Shown: one piece after another, positions 1 to 11,132 of the stretch
Numbering within the stretch: position 1 is the stretch's first letter
How the letters are laid out: each line of letters opens with the position of its first letter
Assembly: GCF_036498465.1 (NCBI RefSeq)
Contig: NZ_AP027599.1
Reading direction: 5' to 3' (one strand)
DNA length: 24,000 nucleotides
From: Escherichia coli
Lineage (GTDB): Bacteria > Pseudomonadota > Gammaproteobacteria > Enterobacterales > Enterobacteriaceae
Position numbers and translations under genes: made by a program
The notes under the pieces: model-generated
Told to the model about the DNA's origin: nothing
The model's input: the letters and a program-made list of their open reading frames with translations, nothing else
Database searches by the model: none

Positions 1-139
1 CAGAGGTATGATCGCGACGGAAATCGTTCGGGAAGGCAATCCCCTGCTCGCGCAGGTTCGCCAGCTTCTCACGACGCGTTTTCAGTTCATTGTTAAGATC
101 GACTACCGCGTCAGCGCCCTGTGCGTGTTGTTCAGACAT
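1..139 (-). CDS. lysS: Lysine--tRNA ligase LysS, first 46 codons only (gene runs off the left edge)
   Basis: Minus-strand ATG at 139..137. Hand translation [46 protein letters not shown] is the LysS N-terminus. It starts 9 nt after the prfB stop, and a GAGGA Shine-Dalgarno overlaps that stop (prfB-lysS operon layout). Confidence 0.9.
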
Positions 140-148
140 GTTGGTTCC

Positions 149-1247
149 TCATAACCCTGCTTTCAAACTTGCTTCGATAAATTGATCCAGGCTGCCGTCC
201 AGCACGGCCTGCGTGTTGCGGGTTTCTACCCCGGTGCGCAGATCTTTAATGCGGGAGTCATCAAGGACATAAGAACGAATCTGGCTGCCCCAGCCGATGT
301 CGGATTTGTTATCTTCCATCGCCTGTTTCTCGGCATTTTTCTTCTGCATCTCCAGTTCATAAAGCTTCGCTTTCATCTGCTTCATGGCCTGATCTTTGTT
401 CTTGTGCTGGGAACGGTCGTTCTGGCACTGGGTCACGATCCCGGTCGGGATGTGGGTAATACGCACCGCAGATTCGGTACGGTTAACGTGCTGACCGCCC
501 GCGCCGGACGCGCGATAAACGTCAATGCGCAGATCCGCCGGGTTGATTTCGATATCAATATCATCATCAACTTCCGGATAAACAAACGCGGAGCTGAACG
601 ACGTGTGGCGACGACCGCCGGAGTCAAACGGGCTTTTACGCACCAGGCGGTGAACGCCGGTTTCTGTACGCAGCCAGCCGTAAGCGTAATCGCCGGAGAT
701 TTTGATCGTCACGGATTTAATACCCGCCACTTCACCTTCCGACTCTTCGATGATTTCAGTTTTGAAACCACGCGATTCTGCCCAGCGCAGATACATACGC
801 TCAAGCATGCTCGCCCAGTCCTGTGCTTCCGTACCGCCAGACCCCGCCTGAATATCGAGGTAGCAGTCGGCGCTGTCATATTCGCCAGAGAACATACGGC
901 GGAACTCAAGCTGCGCCAGTTTTTCTTCCAGGGCGTCGAGTTCAGCAACGGCTTCGTTAAAGGTTTCTTCGTCGTCAGCTTCTACAGCCAGTTCCAGCAG
1001 ACCAGAAACATCTTCCAGCCCCTGTTTCATTTGGTCGAGGGTGTCGACAACGGCTTCGAGGGAGGAACGCTCTTTACCCAGCGCCTGTGCGCGTTCGGGT
1101 TCGTTCCAGACATCCGGCTGTTCCAGCTCGGCGTTTACTTCTTCCAGACGCTCTTTCTTGGCGTCGTAGTCAAAGATACCCCCTAAGAACGTCGGAGCGT
1201 TCCGTGAGGTCCTGAATGCGATTATTTACCGGATTAATTTCAAACAT
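149..1247 (-). CDS. prfB: Peptide chain release factor 2 (RF2), 365 aa, made by a programmed +1 ribosomal frameshift
   Basis: Frame 0 from ATG 1247..1245 gives [25 protein letters not shown], then an in-frame TGA at 1172..1170. The +1 frame from 1171 reads [22 protein letters not shown]... and joins the 293-aa ORF 149..1030. 1099 nt minus 1 skipped nt is 366 codons. SPF and GGQ motifs are present. Confidence 0.95.
1169..1187 (-). promoter_or_regulatory. RF2 autoregulatory +1 frameshift site: CTT AGG GGG TAT CTT TGA C
   Basis: Read directly on the minus strand. An internal Shine-Dalgarno-like AGGGGG (1184..1179) lies 3 nt before the slippery CTT (1175..1173), followed by TGA (1172..1170) and C (1169). 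This is the classical prfB recoding signal. Confidence 0.9.
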
Positions 1248-1288
1248 GGTCTGATTTCTTTTATTGAGCTAGTCAAAATGCGGTGATA

Positions 1289-1322
1289 AGAGCGGGATTG
1301 TACCCAATCCACGCTCTTTTTT
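1289..1322. terminator. Stem-loop in the recJ-prfB spacer (about 11-bp stem with one bulge)
   Basis: agagcgggatt (1289..1299) pairs with aatcc(a)cgctct (1306..1317) around a 6-nt loop. The T6 run (1317..1322) follows the hairpin on the plus strand. On the minus (gene) strand the hairpin is preceded by A6 and followed only by TTATC. Confidence 0.4.
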
Positions 1323-1337
1323 ATAGAGAAGATGACG

Positions 1338-3071
1338 CTAAATTGGCCAGATATTGTCGATGATAATTTGCAGGCTGCGGTTGCCGCGAAACTCGTTGAT
1401 ATCGAGCTTATAAGCCAGTTGCACTTCGCGCACGCCGTTATCCGGCCAGAGGGCGGTATCGACATTAAAAGCAATACCATCCAGCAGTGGACCGCCGCCG
1501 ACCGGTTCGACCATCACCTTCAAATGACGTTCGCCCACCAGCCGCTGTTGCAGCAGACGGAAATGACCGTCAAACAGCGGCTCCGGGAACATCTGCCCCC
1601 ACGGGCCAGCATCGCGCAGCAGCTGCGCCACTTCCATGGTCATTTCGGCCGGGCTTAACGGACCGTCTGATACCACTTCGCCTTGCAATAGCGAAGGGTC
1701 CAGCCACTCAGTAACCAGTTCGCCAAACCGTTGTTGAAAGAGTTTGAATTTATCCTCTTCCAGCGACAAACCCGCCGCCATCGCATGACCGCCAAACTTC
1801 AGCATCATGCCAGGGTAGAGTGTGTCTAATCGCTCCAGCGCATCACGCATATGCAGCCCCTGAATGGAGCGACCGGAACCTTTCAGCGTACCGTCACCTG
1901 CTGGCGCAAACGCGATAACCGGACGGTGAAAACGCTCTTTGATGCGCGAAGCCAGAATACCGACAACGCCCTGATGCCATTCGGGGTGATACATTGCCAG
2001 CCCGCCGGGTAGCGTGTCACGGCTGCGCTCCAGTTTCTCGCACAGGGTCAGGGCTTCAATTTGCATTCCTTGTTCGATCTCTTTTCGCGTCTGGTTTAGC
2101 GCATCGAGTTCATTTGCCAGCACGCGCGCTTCGCCGATGTTGTCGCACAACAACAGCGCCACACCGACGGACATATCGTCCAGTCGTCCGGCAGCATTGA
2201 GACGTGGCCCCAGCGCAAAACCTAAATCGCTGGCGGCGAGTTTTTGTGCATCACGGTTTGCCACTTCAAGCAGCGCTTTAATCCCCGGACGGCACTTTCC
2301 GGCTCGGATGCGACTCATCCCCTGCCAGGTCAGAATGCGATTATTAGCGTCCAGCGGCACGACGTCCGCCACTGTCCCCAGCGCGACCAGATCCAGCAGT
2401 TCTGCCAGGTTAGGAATTGCGATGTTACGCTCATCAAACCAGCCCTGATCGCGCAAAAAGGTGCGCAGCGCCAGCATCAGATAAAACGCCACACCCACGC
2501 CTGCCAGTGATTTCGACGGGAAATTACAGTCGCGCAAGTTAGGGTTAATGATCGCTTCCGCTGCGGGTAATGTGTCGCCTGGCAAATGGTGATCGGTAAC
2601 AATAACCGGGATGCCCAACGAGCGAGCGTGCTCAACCCCCGCATGGGAGGAAATACCGTTATCCACCGTGACAATTAACTGCGCGCCACGGGCATGGGCC
2701 TGATCGACCACTTCCGGGCTTAAGCCGTAACCGTCTTCGAAACGGTTTGGTACCAGGTAGTCGATATTGCTGCAACCAAGCGAGCGCATCGCCAGCACGC
2801 TTAGAGCCGTGCTGGTCGCGCCGTCGGCGTCGAAATCACCGACCACAATAATCCGCGTTCCTTCGCGAAAAGCGTTGTAAAGGATCTCAACGGCCTTTTC
2901 GACGCCGCTCAGTTGCTGCCAGGGCAGCATACCTTTAACACTGCGTTCCAGTTCTTGCGCACTGCGTACTCCCCGGCTGGCGTATAAACGGCGCAGCAAG
3001 GGAGGCAATTCAGCGGGCAAGTCTGCCGTTTCATCGACTTCACGGCGACGAAGTTGTATCTGTTGTTTCAC
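1338..3071 (-). CDS. recJ: Single-stranded-DNA-specific 5'-3' exonuclease RecJ, 577 aa
   Basis: Full-length ORF with a GTG start (cac at 3069..3071). DHH-family motifs are present (VVGDFDADG, VTDHH). The sequence is recognisable as E. coli RecJ. Confidence 0.95.
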   Translation of the reverse strand: MKQQIQLRRREVDETADLPAELPPLLRRLYASRGVRSAQELERSVKGMLPWQQLSGVEKAVEILYNAFREGTRIIVVGDFDADGATSTALSVLAMRSLGCSNIDYLVPNRFEDGYGLSPEVVDQAHARGAQLIVTVDNGISSHAGVEHARSLGIPVIVTDHHLPGDTLPAAEAIINPNLRDCNFPSKSLAGVGVAFYLMLALRTFLRDQGWFDERNIAIPNLAELLDLVALGTVADVVPLDANNRILTWQGMSRIRAGKCRPGIKALLEVANRDAQKLAASDLGFALGPRLNAAGRLDDMSVGVALLLCDNIGEARVLANELDALNQTRKEIEQGMQIEALTLCEKLERSRDTLPGGLAMYHPEWHQGVVGILASRIKERFHRPVIAFAPAGDGTLKGSGRSIQGLHMRDALERLDTLYPGMMLKFGGHAMAAGLSLEEDKFKLFQQRFGELVTEWLDPSLLQGEVVSDGPLSPAEMTMEVAQLLRDAGPWGQMFPEPLFDGHFRLLQQRLVGERHLKVMVEPVGGGPLLDGIAFNVDTALWPDNGVREVQLAYKLDINEFRGNRSLQIIIDNIWPI

Positions 3072-3076
3072 GCGAA

Positions 3077-3787
3077 TTATTTACCGCTGGTCATTTTTTG
3101 GTGTTCGTCGAGGAATTCTTTCATCTCTTTCGGCGGCTGGTAACCCGGAACAAGTGTGCCATTGCTCAGCACAACTGCCGGAGTACCGCTAACGCCAAGC
3201 TGGACGCCAAGTGCGTAATGGTCGGCAATATCCACGTCGCAACTGGCTGGTGCGACGCTTTTACCTGCCATCACATCATCAAACGCTTTGTTTTTATCTT
3301 TCGCACACCAGATAGCTTTCATTTCTTTCTCTGCATCGCTGTCCAGCCCCTGGCGCGGGAAAGCAAGATAACGCACGGTGATCCCCAGCGCGTTGTAGTC
3401 TGCCATTTGCTCATGCAGTTTGTGGCAGTAACCACAGGTAATATCAGTAAACACGGTGATGACGTGTTTTTCCTGCGGCGCTTTATAAACGATCATCTCT
3501 TTTTCAAGCGCATTCAACTGCTTTAACAGCATCTTATTGGTGACATTGACCGGAGCCGTGCCACTAACGTCATACATTGGCCCCTGAATGATATGTTTAC
3601 CATCATCGGTGATGTACAACACGCCGCTGTTAGTCAGAACTGTCTTCATGCCAGCTACAGGCGCGGGCTGAATATCGCTGCTTTTGATGCCCATTTTGGC
3701 TAACGTTTGTTGAATTGCCGCGTCATCAGCCTGAGCAAAGCCTGAAAACGCCGCTAACAAAGTAAACAACATAAAACCTTTCTTCAT
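3077..3787 (-). CDS. dsbC: Periplasmic thiol:disulfide interchange protein / disulfide isomerase DsbC, 236 aa
   Basis: Signal peptide MKKGFMLFTLLAAFSGFAQA followed by DD. Thioredoxin-fold active site CGYC. The stop lies 5 nt upstream of the recJ start. Confidence 0.95.
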   Translation of the reverse strand: MKKGFMLFTLLAAFSGFAQADDAAIQQTLAKMGIKSSDIQPAPVAGMKTVLTNSGVLYITDDGKHIIQGPMYDVSGTAPVNVTNKMLLKQLNALEKEMIVYKAPQEKHVITVFTDITCGYCHKLHEQMADYNALGITVRYLAFPRQGLDSDAEKEMKAIWCAKDKNKAFDDVMAGKSVAPASCDVDIADHYALGVQLGVSGTPAVVLSNGTLVPGYQPPKEMKEFLDEHQKMTSGK

Positions 3788-3811
3788 AAATCTTCCCGTT
3801 CTTTTCAGACA

Positions 3812-4708
3812 TCACGCCCGCGGGTGATGCTGTTGATGAAGTTGCCGCAGACGCTCGGTAGCGACATGCGTATAAATTTGCGTGGTGGAGAGATCGCTGT
3901 GGCCCAGTAGCATCTGCACCACGCGTAAATCCGCACCATGATTTAATAAATGAGTGGCAAAAGCGTGACGCAACACATGCGGTGACAGCTTTTCGCTGTC
4001 GATACCCGCCAGCACAGCATAATGTTTAATACGGTGCCAGAAGGTCTGTCGCGTCATCTGCTGCGCACGCTGGCTGGGAAACAACACCTCAATTGACACA
4101 CCATTCAGCAGCCACGGACGCCCATGTTCCAGATAGGTTTCCAGCCAGTAAACCGCCTCTTCACCTAACGGCACCAGACGCTCTTTGTTGCCTTTACCAA
4201 TGACCCGTACCACGCCCTGACGCAGGCTGATATCACTCATTGTCAGTCCGACCAGTTCAGAGACACGCAGCCCGGTAGCATACAACACTTCAAGCATGGC
4301 TTTATCGCGTAGCTCCAGTGGCTGATCGATTAATGGTGCCTGTAATAAACGTTCGACCTGCGCTTCGCTTAAATCTTTTGGCAAACGCTGGGGCAATTTC
4401 GGTGAAGCGAGATGCGCACTGGGATCGTCTTCACGAAACTTTTCGCGATAAAGATACTGGAACAATCGGCGCACTGCACTCAGCAAACGCGCTGAGCTGG
4501 TGGCTTTATACCCGCCCTCCAGCCGTTCTGCCAGTAATGCCTGCAAATCGTCACTTTGCGCCGTCGCCAGCGTCAACCCGCGGTGATGCAACCACTCCAC
4601 CATCATTGACAGATCGCGACGGTAAGCGTTCAACGTATTTTCAGCCAGATTTTTTTCCAGCCACAGAGCATCAAGAAACTGCTCGATGCGTGCCAGATCC
4701 TGTTTCAC
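3812..4708 (-). CDS. xerD: Tyrosine site-specific recombinase XerD (chromosome dimer resolution), 298 aa
   Basis: Tyrosine-recombinase C-terminal signature is present (HVLRHAFATHLL ... LGHSDLSTTQIYTHV). The gene order xerD-dsbC-recJ is conserved. Confidence 0.95.
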   Translation of the reverse strand: MKQDLARIEQFLDALWLEKNLAENTLNAYRRDLSMMVEWLHHRGLTLATAQSDDLQALLAERLEGGYKATSSARLLSAVRRLFQYLYREKFREDDPSAHLASPKLPQRLPKDLSEAQVERLLQAPLIDQPLELRDKAMLEVLYATGLRVSELVGLTMSDISLRQGVVRVIGKGNKERLVPLGEEAVYWLETYLEHGRPWLLNGVSIEVLFPSQRAQQMTRQTFWHRIKHYAVLAGIDSEKLSPHVLRHAFATHLLNHGADLRVVQMLLGHSDLSTTQIYTHVATERLRQLHQQHHPRA

Positions 4709-4819
4709 TTGCGCCCCTTATGGTCACTCATTTGATCCATTATGCCTTATTGTGCCGTGACTAAAGCGATTCTGATACACTAGCCGCAAAAGCCACAGCA
4801 GAATCGAGAAGCTTACGTT

Positions 4820-5341
4820 ATGAATATGGGTCTTTTTTACGGTTCCAGCACCTGTTACACCGAAATGGCGGCAGAAAAAATCCGCGATATTATCGGCCCA
4901 GAACTGGTGACCTTACATAACCTCAAGGACGACTCCCCGAAATTAATGGAGCAGTACGATGTGCTCATTCTGGGTATCCCGACCTGGGATTTTGGTGAAA
5001 TCCAGGAAGACTGGGAAGCCGTCTGGGATCAGCTCGACGACCTGAACCTTGAAGGTAAAATTGTTGCGCTGTATGGGCTTGGCGATCAACTGGGATACGG
5101 CGAGTGGTTCCTCGATGCGCTCGGTATGCTGCATGACAAACTCTCGACCAAAGGCGTGAAGTTCGTCGGCTACTGGCCAACGGAAGGATATGAATTTACC
5201 AGCCCGAAACCGGTGATTGCTGACGGGCAACTGTTCGTGGGTCTGGCGCTGGATGAAACTAACCAGTATGACCTTAGCGACGAGCGTATTCAGAGCTGGT
5301 GCGAGCAAATCCTCAACGAAATGGCAGAGCATTACGCCTGA
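4820..5341 (+). CDS. fldB: Flavodoxin 2, 173 aa
   Basis: Long-chain flavodoxin ORF with N-terminal FMN phosphate-binding loop ([13 protein letters not shown]). It is divergent from xerD. Confidence 0.93.
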
Positions 5342-5347
5342 TCTCAC

Positions 5348-5377
5348 TGACGGCTTAGCGCATATGCTTTGCCGTCA
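5348..5377 (+). terminator. Candidate fldB terminator hairpin in the 39-nt convergent gap with ygfX
   Basis: tgacggc (5348..5354) pairs with gccgtca (5371..5377). It is followed on the plus strand by the T-rich tctttatcttt. The loop is long (16 nt), so this call is weak. Confidence 0.35.
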
Positions 5378-5380
5378 TCT

Positions 5381-6047
<667 letters not shown>

Positions 6048-6277
6048 TCACGAAAATCCAGTACCCGGCTATTGTAACGTGTTTTTCGCCTTCTTTTACG
6101 GGAATATCAGTAAACACCATCGCGATCGCGAAATTAATTCACAACAATTCAATGGCTTCATTTTTTTGGAAGTCGCCTCGCAGAAGGCACAGATCGCGTA
6201 GTGAAAGCACTTGCATTGCCTCATAGCTCTTTTACCATTAGTCATTAATACGCCGTTAAGCAACTCAGGACTCTATT

Positions 6278-7258
6278 ATGGCTTTTACACCTTTTCCTCC
6301 CCGTCAGCCTACGGCTTCTGCCCGTTTACCGCTGACGCTGATGACGCTTGATGACTGGGCGCTTGCCACCATTACTGGCGCGGACAGCGAAAAATATATG
6401 CAGGGTCAGGTGACAGCAGATGTCAGCCAGATGGCAGAAGATCAGCACCTGCTCGCCGCCCATTGCGACGCCAAAGGTAAAATGTGGAGCAATTTACGTC
6501 TGTTCCGCGACGGCGATGGCTTTGCATGGATTGAACGGCGCAGCGTGCGTGAACCGCAGCTGACTGAACTGAAAAAATATGCGGTATTCTCTAAAGTGAC
6601 CATCGCGCCAGACGACGAGCGTGTGCTGCTTGGTGTTGCCGGTTTTCAGGCGCGCGCCGCGCTGGCAAATCTCTTTAGCGAACTGCCTTCGAAAGAAAAA
6701 CAGGTAGTCAAAGAAGGCGCGACCACTTTGCTATGGTTTGAACACCCGGCAGAACGTTTCCTGATCGTAACCGATGAAGCTACTGCTAATATGCTGACCG
6801 ATAAACTGCGCGGTGAAGCGGAACTGAACAATAGCCAACAGTGGCTGGCATTAAACATTGAAGCGGGTTTCCCGGTGATTGATGCCGCCAACAGCGGGCA
6901 GTTTATCCCACAGGCGACCAATCTCCAGGCGCTGGGCGGTATCAGCTTTAAGAAAGGCTGTTATACCGGACAAGAGATGGTGGCGCGAGCAAAATTCCGT
7001 GGTGCCAATAAACGTGCGCTCTGGTTGCTGGCAGGTAGCGCCAGCCGACTGCCGGAAGCTGGTGAAGACTTAGAGCTGAAAATGGGCGAGAACTGGCGTC
7101 GTACCGGTACGGTACTGGCTGCGGTAAAACTGGAAGATGGTCAGGTCGTGGTACAGGTCGTCATGAATAACGATATGGAACCGGATAGCATCTTCCGCGT
7201 ACGCGACGATGCGAATACATTGCATATCGAGCCGCTGCCGTATTCGCTCGAAGAGTAA
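6278..7258 (+). CDS. ygfZ: Folate-binding, GcvT-fold protein YgfZ (tRNA modification / Fe-S cluster maintenance), 326 aa
   Basis: Full ORF with the family signature KGCYTGQE near the C-terminal third. Confidence 0.93.
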   Translation: MAFTPFPPRQPTASARLPLTLMTLDDWALATITGADSEKYMQGQVTADVSQMAEDQHLLAAHCDAKGKMWSNLRLFRDGDGFAWIERRSVREPQLTELKKYAVFSKVTIAPDDERVLLGVAGFQARAALANLFSELPSKEKQVVKEGATTLLWFEHPAERFLIVTDEATANMLTDKLRGEAELNNSQQWLALNIEAGFPVIDAANSGQFIPQATNLQALGGISFKKGCYTGQEMVARAKFRGANKRALWLLAGSASRLPEAGEDLELKMGENWRRTGTVLAAVKLEDGQVVVQVVMNNDMEPDSIFRVRDDANTLHIEPLPYSLEE

Positions 7259-7267
7259 ATCTCTTTA

Positions 7268-7440
7268 TCGCATCAGGCATTTATCGCCTGATGCGACGCT
7301 GGCGCGTCTTATCATGTCTGGGATTTGATGCCTTTATCACAACAGGGACGAGGCCCGTAGATCGGATAAGGCGTTCACGCCGAATCCGGCAGTTGTGCTC
7401 CGATGCCTGATGCGACGCTGGCGCGTCTTATCAGGCCTAC
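7268..7440. repeat. REP/BIME cluster: three REP units in alternating orientation
   Basis: GCCTGATGCGACGCTGGCGCGTCTTATCA.. occurs at 7286..7320 (degenerate 3' end) and again at 7405..7440, ending ..TCAGGCCTAC. The opposite-orientation unit GTAGATCGGATAAGGCGTTCACGCCGAATCCGGCA is at 7357..7391. An 11-bp perfect inverted repeat, tcgcatcaggc (7268..7278) and gcctgatgcga (7286..7296), lies just after the ygfZ stop. Confidence 0.9.
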
Positions 7441-7453
7441 AAAGGCATACCCA

Positions 7454-8116
<663 letters not shown>

Positions 8117-8276
8117 TTACTCCGGAGAAACGTACACGCACATGTATACCTCTCCAGCGTAACTGAGAATAGTTCCAGTGAACACCTGTTAGCTAAAATA
8201 AATTCTGATTTGAGACTAATCTCCTAAAAATCATGAAATTAAATGCGAAATTTCAACTAACAGGCGTGAGTTCAAT

Positions 8277-8588
8277 TTAAAGACATTTAAATTCAATCAC
8301 ATAAAATTGTGTCTGACCGGGATAGATGTCAGCAATGACTTTTTTCAGTTCAGTCAGGGTCATATTTTCCTGCTCTGCATGTTTTTCAGTCAGCGTATCC
8401 AGCGTTACGGTTGAGGTTGCGGTGACTTCAATCGTGCAAAAATAACCGTCATCTTCAAAACGTCCGACACGAAGCACATCACCCGTTTTGAAGTGCGATT
8501 CAGACTCGTCGCGGATGGTGATGGTTTTACGCCCAGCCAGAATGTCATCCTGGAAACGTTGAAAAAAAGTGATGTCGTTTGGCTGCAT
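8277..8588 (-). CDS. yqfB: ASCH-domain protein YqfB (reported N4-acetylcytidine amidohydrolase), 103 aa
   Basis: ATG at 8588..8586. The compact 103-aa [30 protein letters not shown]... is recognisable as YqfB. Confidence 0.88.
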   Translation of the reverse strand: MQPNDITFFQRFQDDILAGRKTITIRDESESHFKTGDVLRVGRFEDDGYFCTIEVTATSTVTLDTLTEKHAEQENMTLTELKKVIADIYPGQTQFYVIEFKCL

Positions 8589-8605
8589 GGTACTATTTCC
8601 TGTAA

Positions 8606-10066
<1,461 letters not shown>

Positions 10067-10078
10067 GTCGATGAAGTA

Positions 10079-10104
10079 CCGGATGCAATACTTGTTGCAT
10101 CCGG
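10079..10104. terminator. Perfect 10-bp stem-loop between convergent bglA and ygfF (putative bidirectional terminator)
   Basis: ccggatgcaa (10079..10088) pairs with ttgcatccgg (10095..10104) around a 6-nt loop. There is no U-tract on either strand, so its function is inferred from position only. Confidence 0.45.
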
Positions 10105-10122
10105 TCAGACAACTTCCCTGTT

Positions 10123-10866
10123 TTATTTCCCGCCCGCCAAATCGATAAAACTTCCCGTGACGTAAGAGGCTTTATCACTTAGTAGCCAGACAATGGCCTG
10201 CGCGACCTCTTCTGCCTGTCCACCACGCTGCATGGGGATGTTCGACTTAACGCGATCGACGCGTCCAGGCTCGCCGCCGCTGGCGTGCATTTCGGTATAA
10301 ATAAACCCTGGCCGCACGCAGTTAACGCGGATCCCCTGCGCGGCGACTTCCAGCGATAGTCCGGTGGTTAACGTATCAATCGCCCCTTTCGATGCCGCGT
10401 AATCAACATATTCCCCTGGCGAACCCAACCGTGAGGCCACCGAAGAGACATTGACGATAGCGCCGCCACTGCCACCATTTTTAAGCGCCATGCGTTTTAC
10501 CGCCTCGCGACAGCAGAGAAAATATCCCGTCACGTTGGTGGAAAGTACTCGGTTGATTCGCTCTGCGGTAAGGTTTTCAACGGTGCACTGGGTAAACAAG
10601 ATCCCGGCGTTATTGACCAGCGCTGCTAGCGGTTCATCGTGCTGATCGATTGCTGTAAACATCGCAACGACCTGGTTTTCGTCGCTGATATCCGCCTGGA
10701 GCACGAATGCTTTGCCACCGGCTTGCGTTATTAAGTTCATCACTTCCTGCGCCGCGTGGAGGTTTTGCTGATAATTAACCGCCACCGTATACCCTTCTTG
10801 CGCCAACAGTAATGCAGTTGCCCGCCCGATGCCGCGACTGCCACCAGTCACAAGTGCTATAGCCAT
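10123..10866 (-). CDS. ygfF: Short-chain dehydrogenase/reductase family oxidoreductase YgfF, 247 aa
   Basis: Classical SDR motifs are present: TGGSRGIG (cofactor binding), NNAG, and the catalytic YAASK. Confidence 0.9.
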   Translation of the reverse strand: MAIALVTGGSRGIGRATALLLAQEGYTVAVNYQQNLHAAQEVMNLITQAGGKAFVLQADISDENQVVAMFTAIDQHDEPLAALVNNAGILFTQCTVENLTAERINRVLSTNVTGYFLCCREAVKRMALKNGGSGGAIVNVSSVASRLGSPGEYVDYAASKGAIDTLTTGLSLEVAAQGIRVNCVRPGFIYTEMHASGGEPGRVDRVKSNIPMQRGGQAEEVAQAIVWLLSDKASYVTGSFIDLAGGK

Positions 10867-10951
10867 TTGTTTTTCCGAGAAAAATTAATTCGTTGACGTA
10901 TCTTTGAGATTGCTAACAAACTGGCTCAATCTTCAATGTTGGCACGCTTTT

Positions 10952-11053
10952 CCCCCTCGCCCTTTCAGGGAGAGGGCCGGGGTGAGGGTAAATATTCGCG
11001 CCAGTGCCGGCCTGTTCCCCTCACCCTAACCCTCTCCCCAAAGGGGCGAGGGG
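10952..11053. repeat. GC-rich imperfect palindromic intergenic repeat (CCCTCTCCC / GGGTGAGGG family; possibly the box C type, name uncertain)
   Basis: The left arm (10952..10988, ccccctcgccctttcagggagagggccggggtgaggg) is the near reverse complement of the right arm (11017..11053, cccctcaccctaaccctctccccaaaggggcgagggg). The spacer is 28 bp. Confidence 0.8.
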
Positions 11054-11088
11054 ACTGTCTGAGCACTTTTGTACTTTGTCATCTGACT

Positions 11089-11110
11089 AAAAAGGCGCCG
11101 AAGCGCCTTT
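11089..11110 (-). terminator. Rho-independent terminator of gcvTHP
   Basis: The minus strand reads AAAGGCGC-TTCG-GCGCCTTTTT: an 8-bp stem, a UUCG loop and a T5 run. It begins 22 nt after the gcvP TAA. Confidence 0.85.
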
Positions 11111-11132
11111 AGAAAATAGTCGAATCAGTGAA

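Noticed and set aside
182-1186. 334-aa plus-strand ORF antisense to prfB
   Set aside because: It is a shadow ORF on the opposite strand of a highly expressed, codon-biased gene. The product is low-complexity (Arg/Phe/Val-rich) with no recognisable motifs, and there is no ribosome-binding site.
3812-4708. Tyrosine recombinase as a marker of an integrated mobile element
   Set aside because: The sequence and context (xerD-dsbC-recJ) identify the chromosomal dimer-resolution recombinase XerD. There is no adjacent tRNA, no direct repeats, no phage or IS genes, and no compositional shift.
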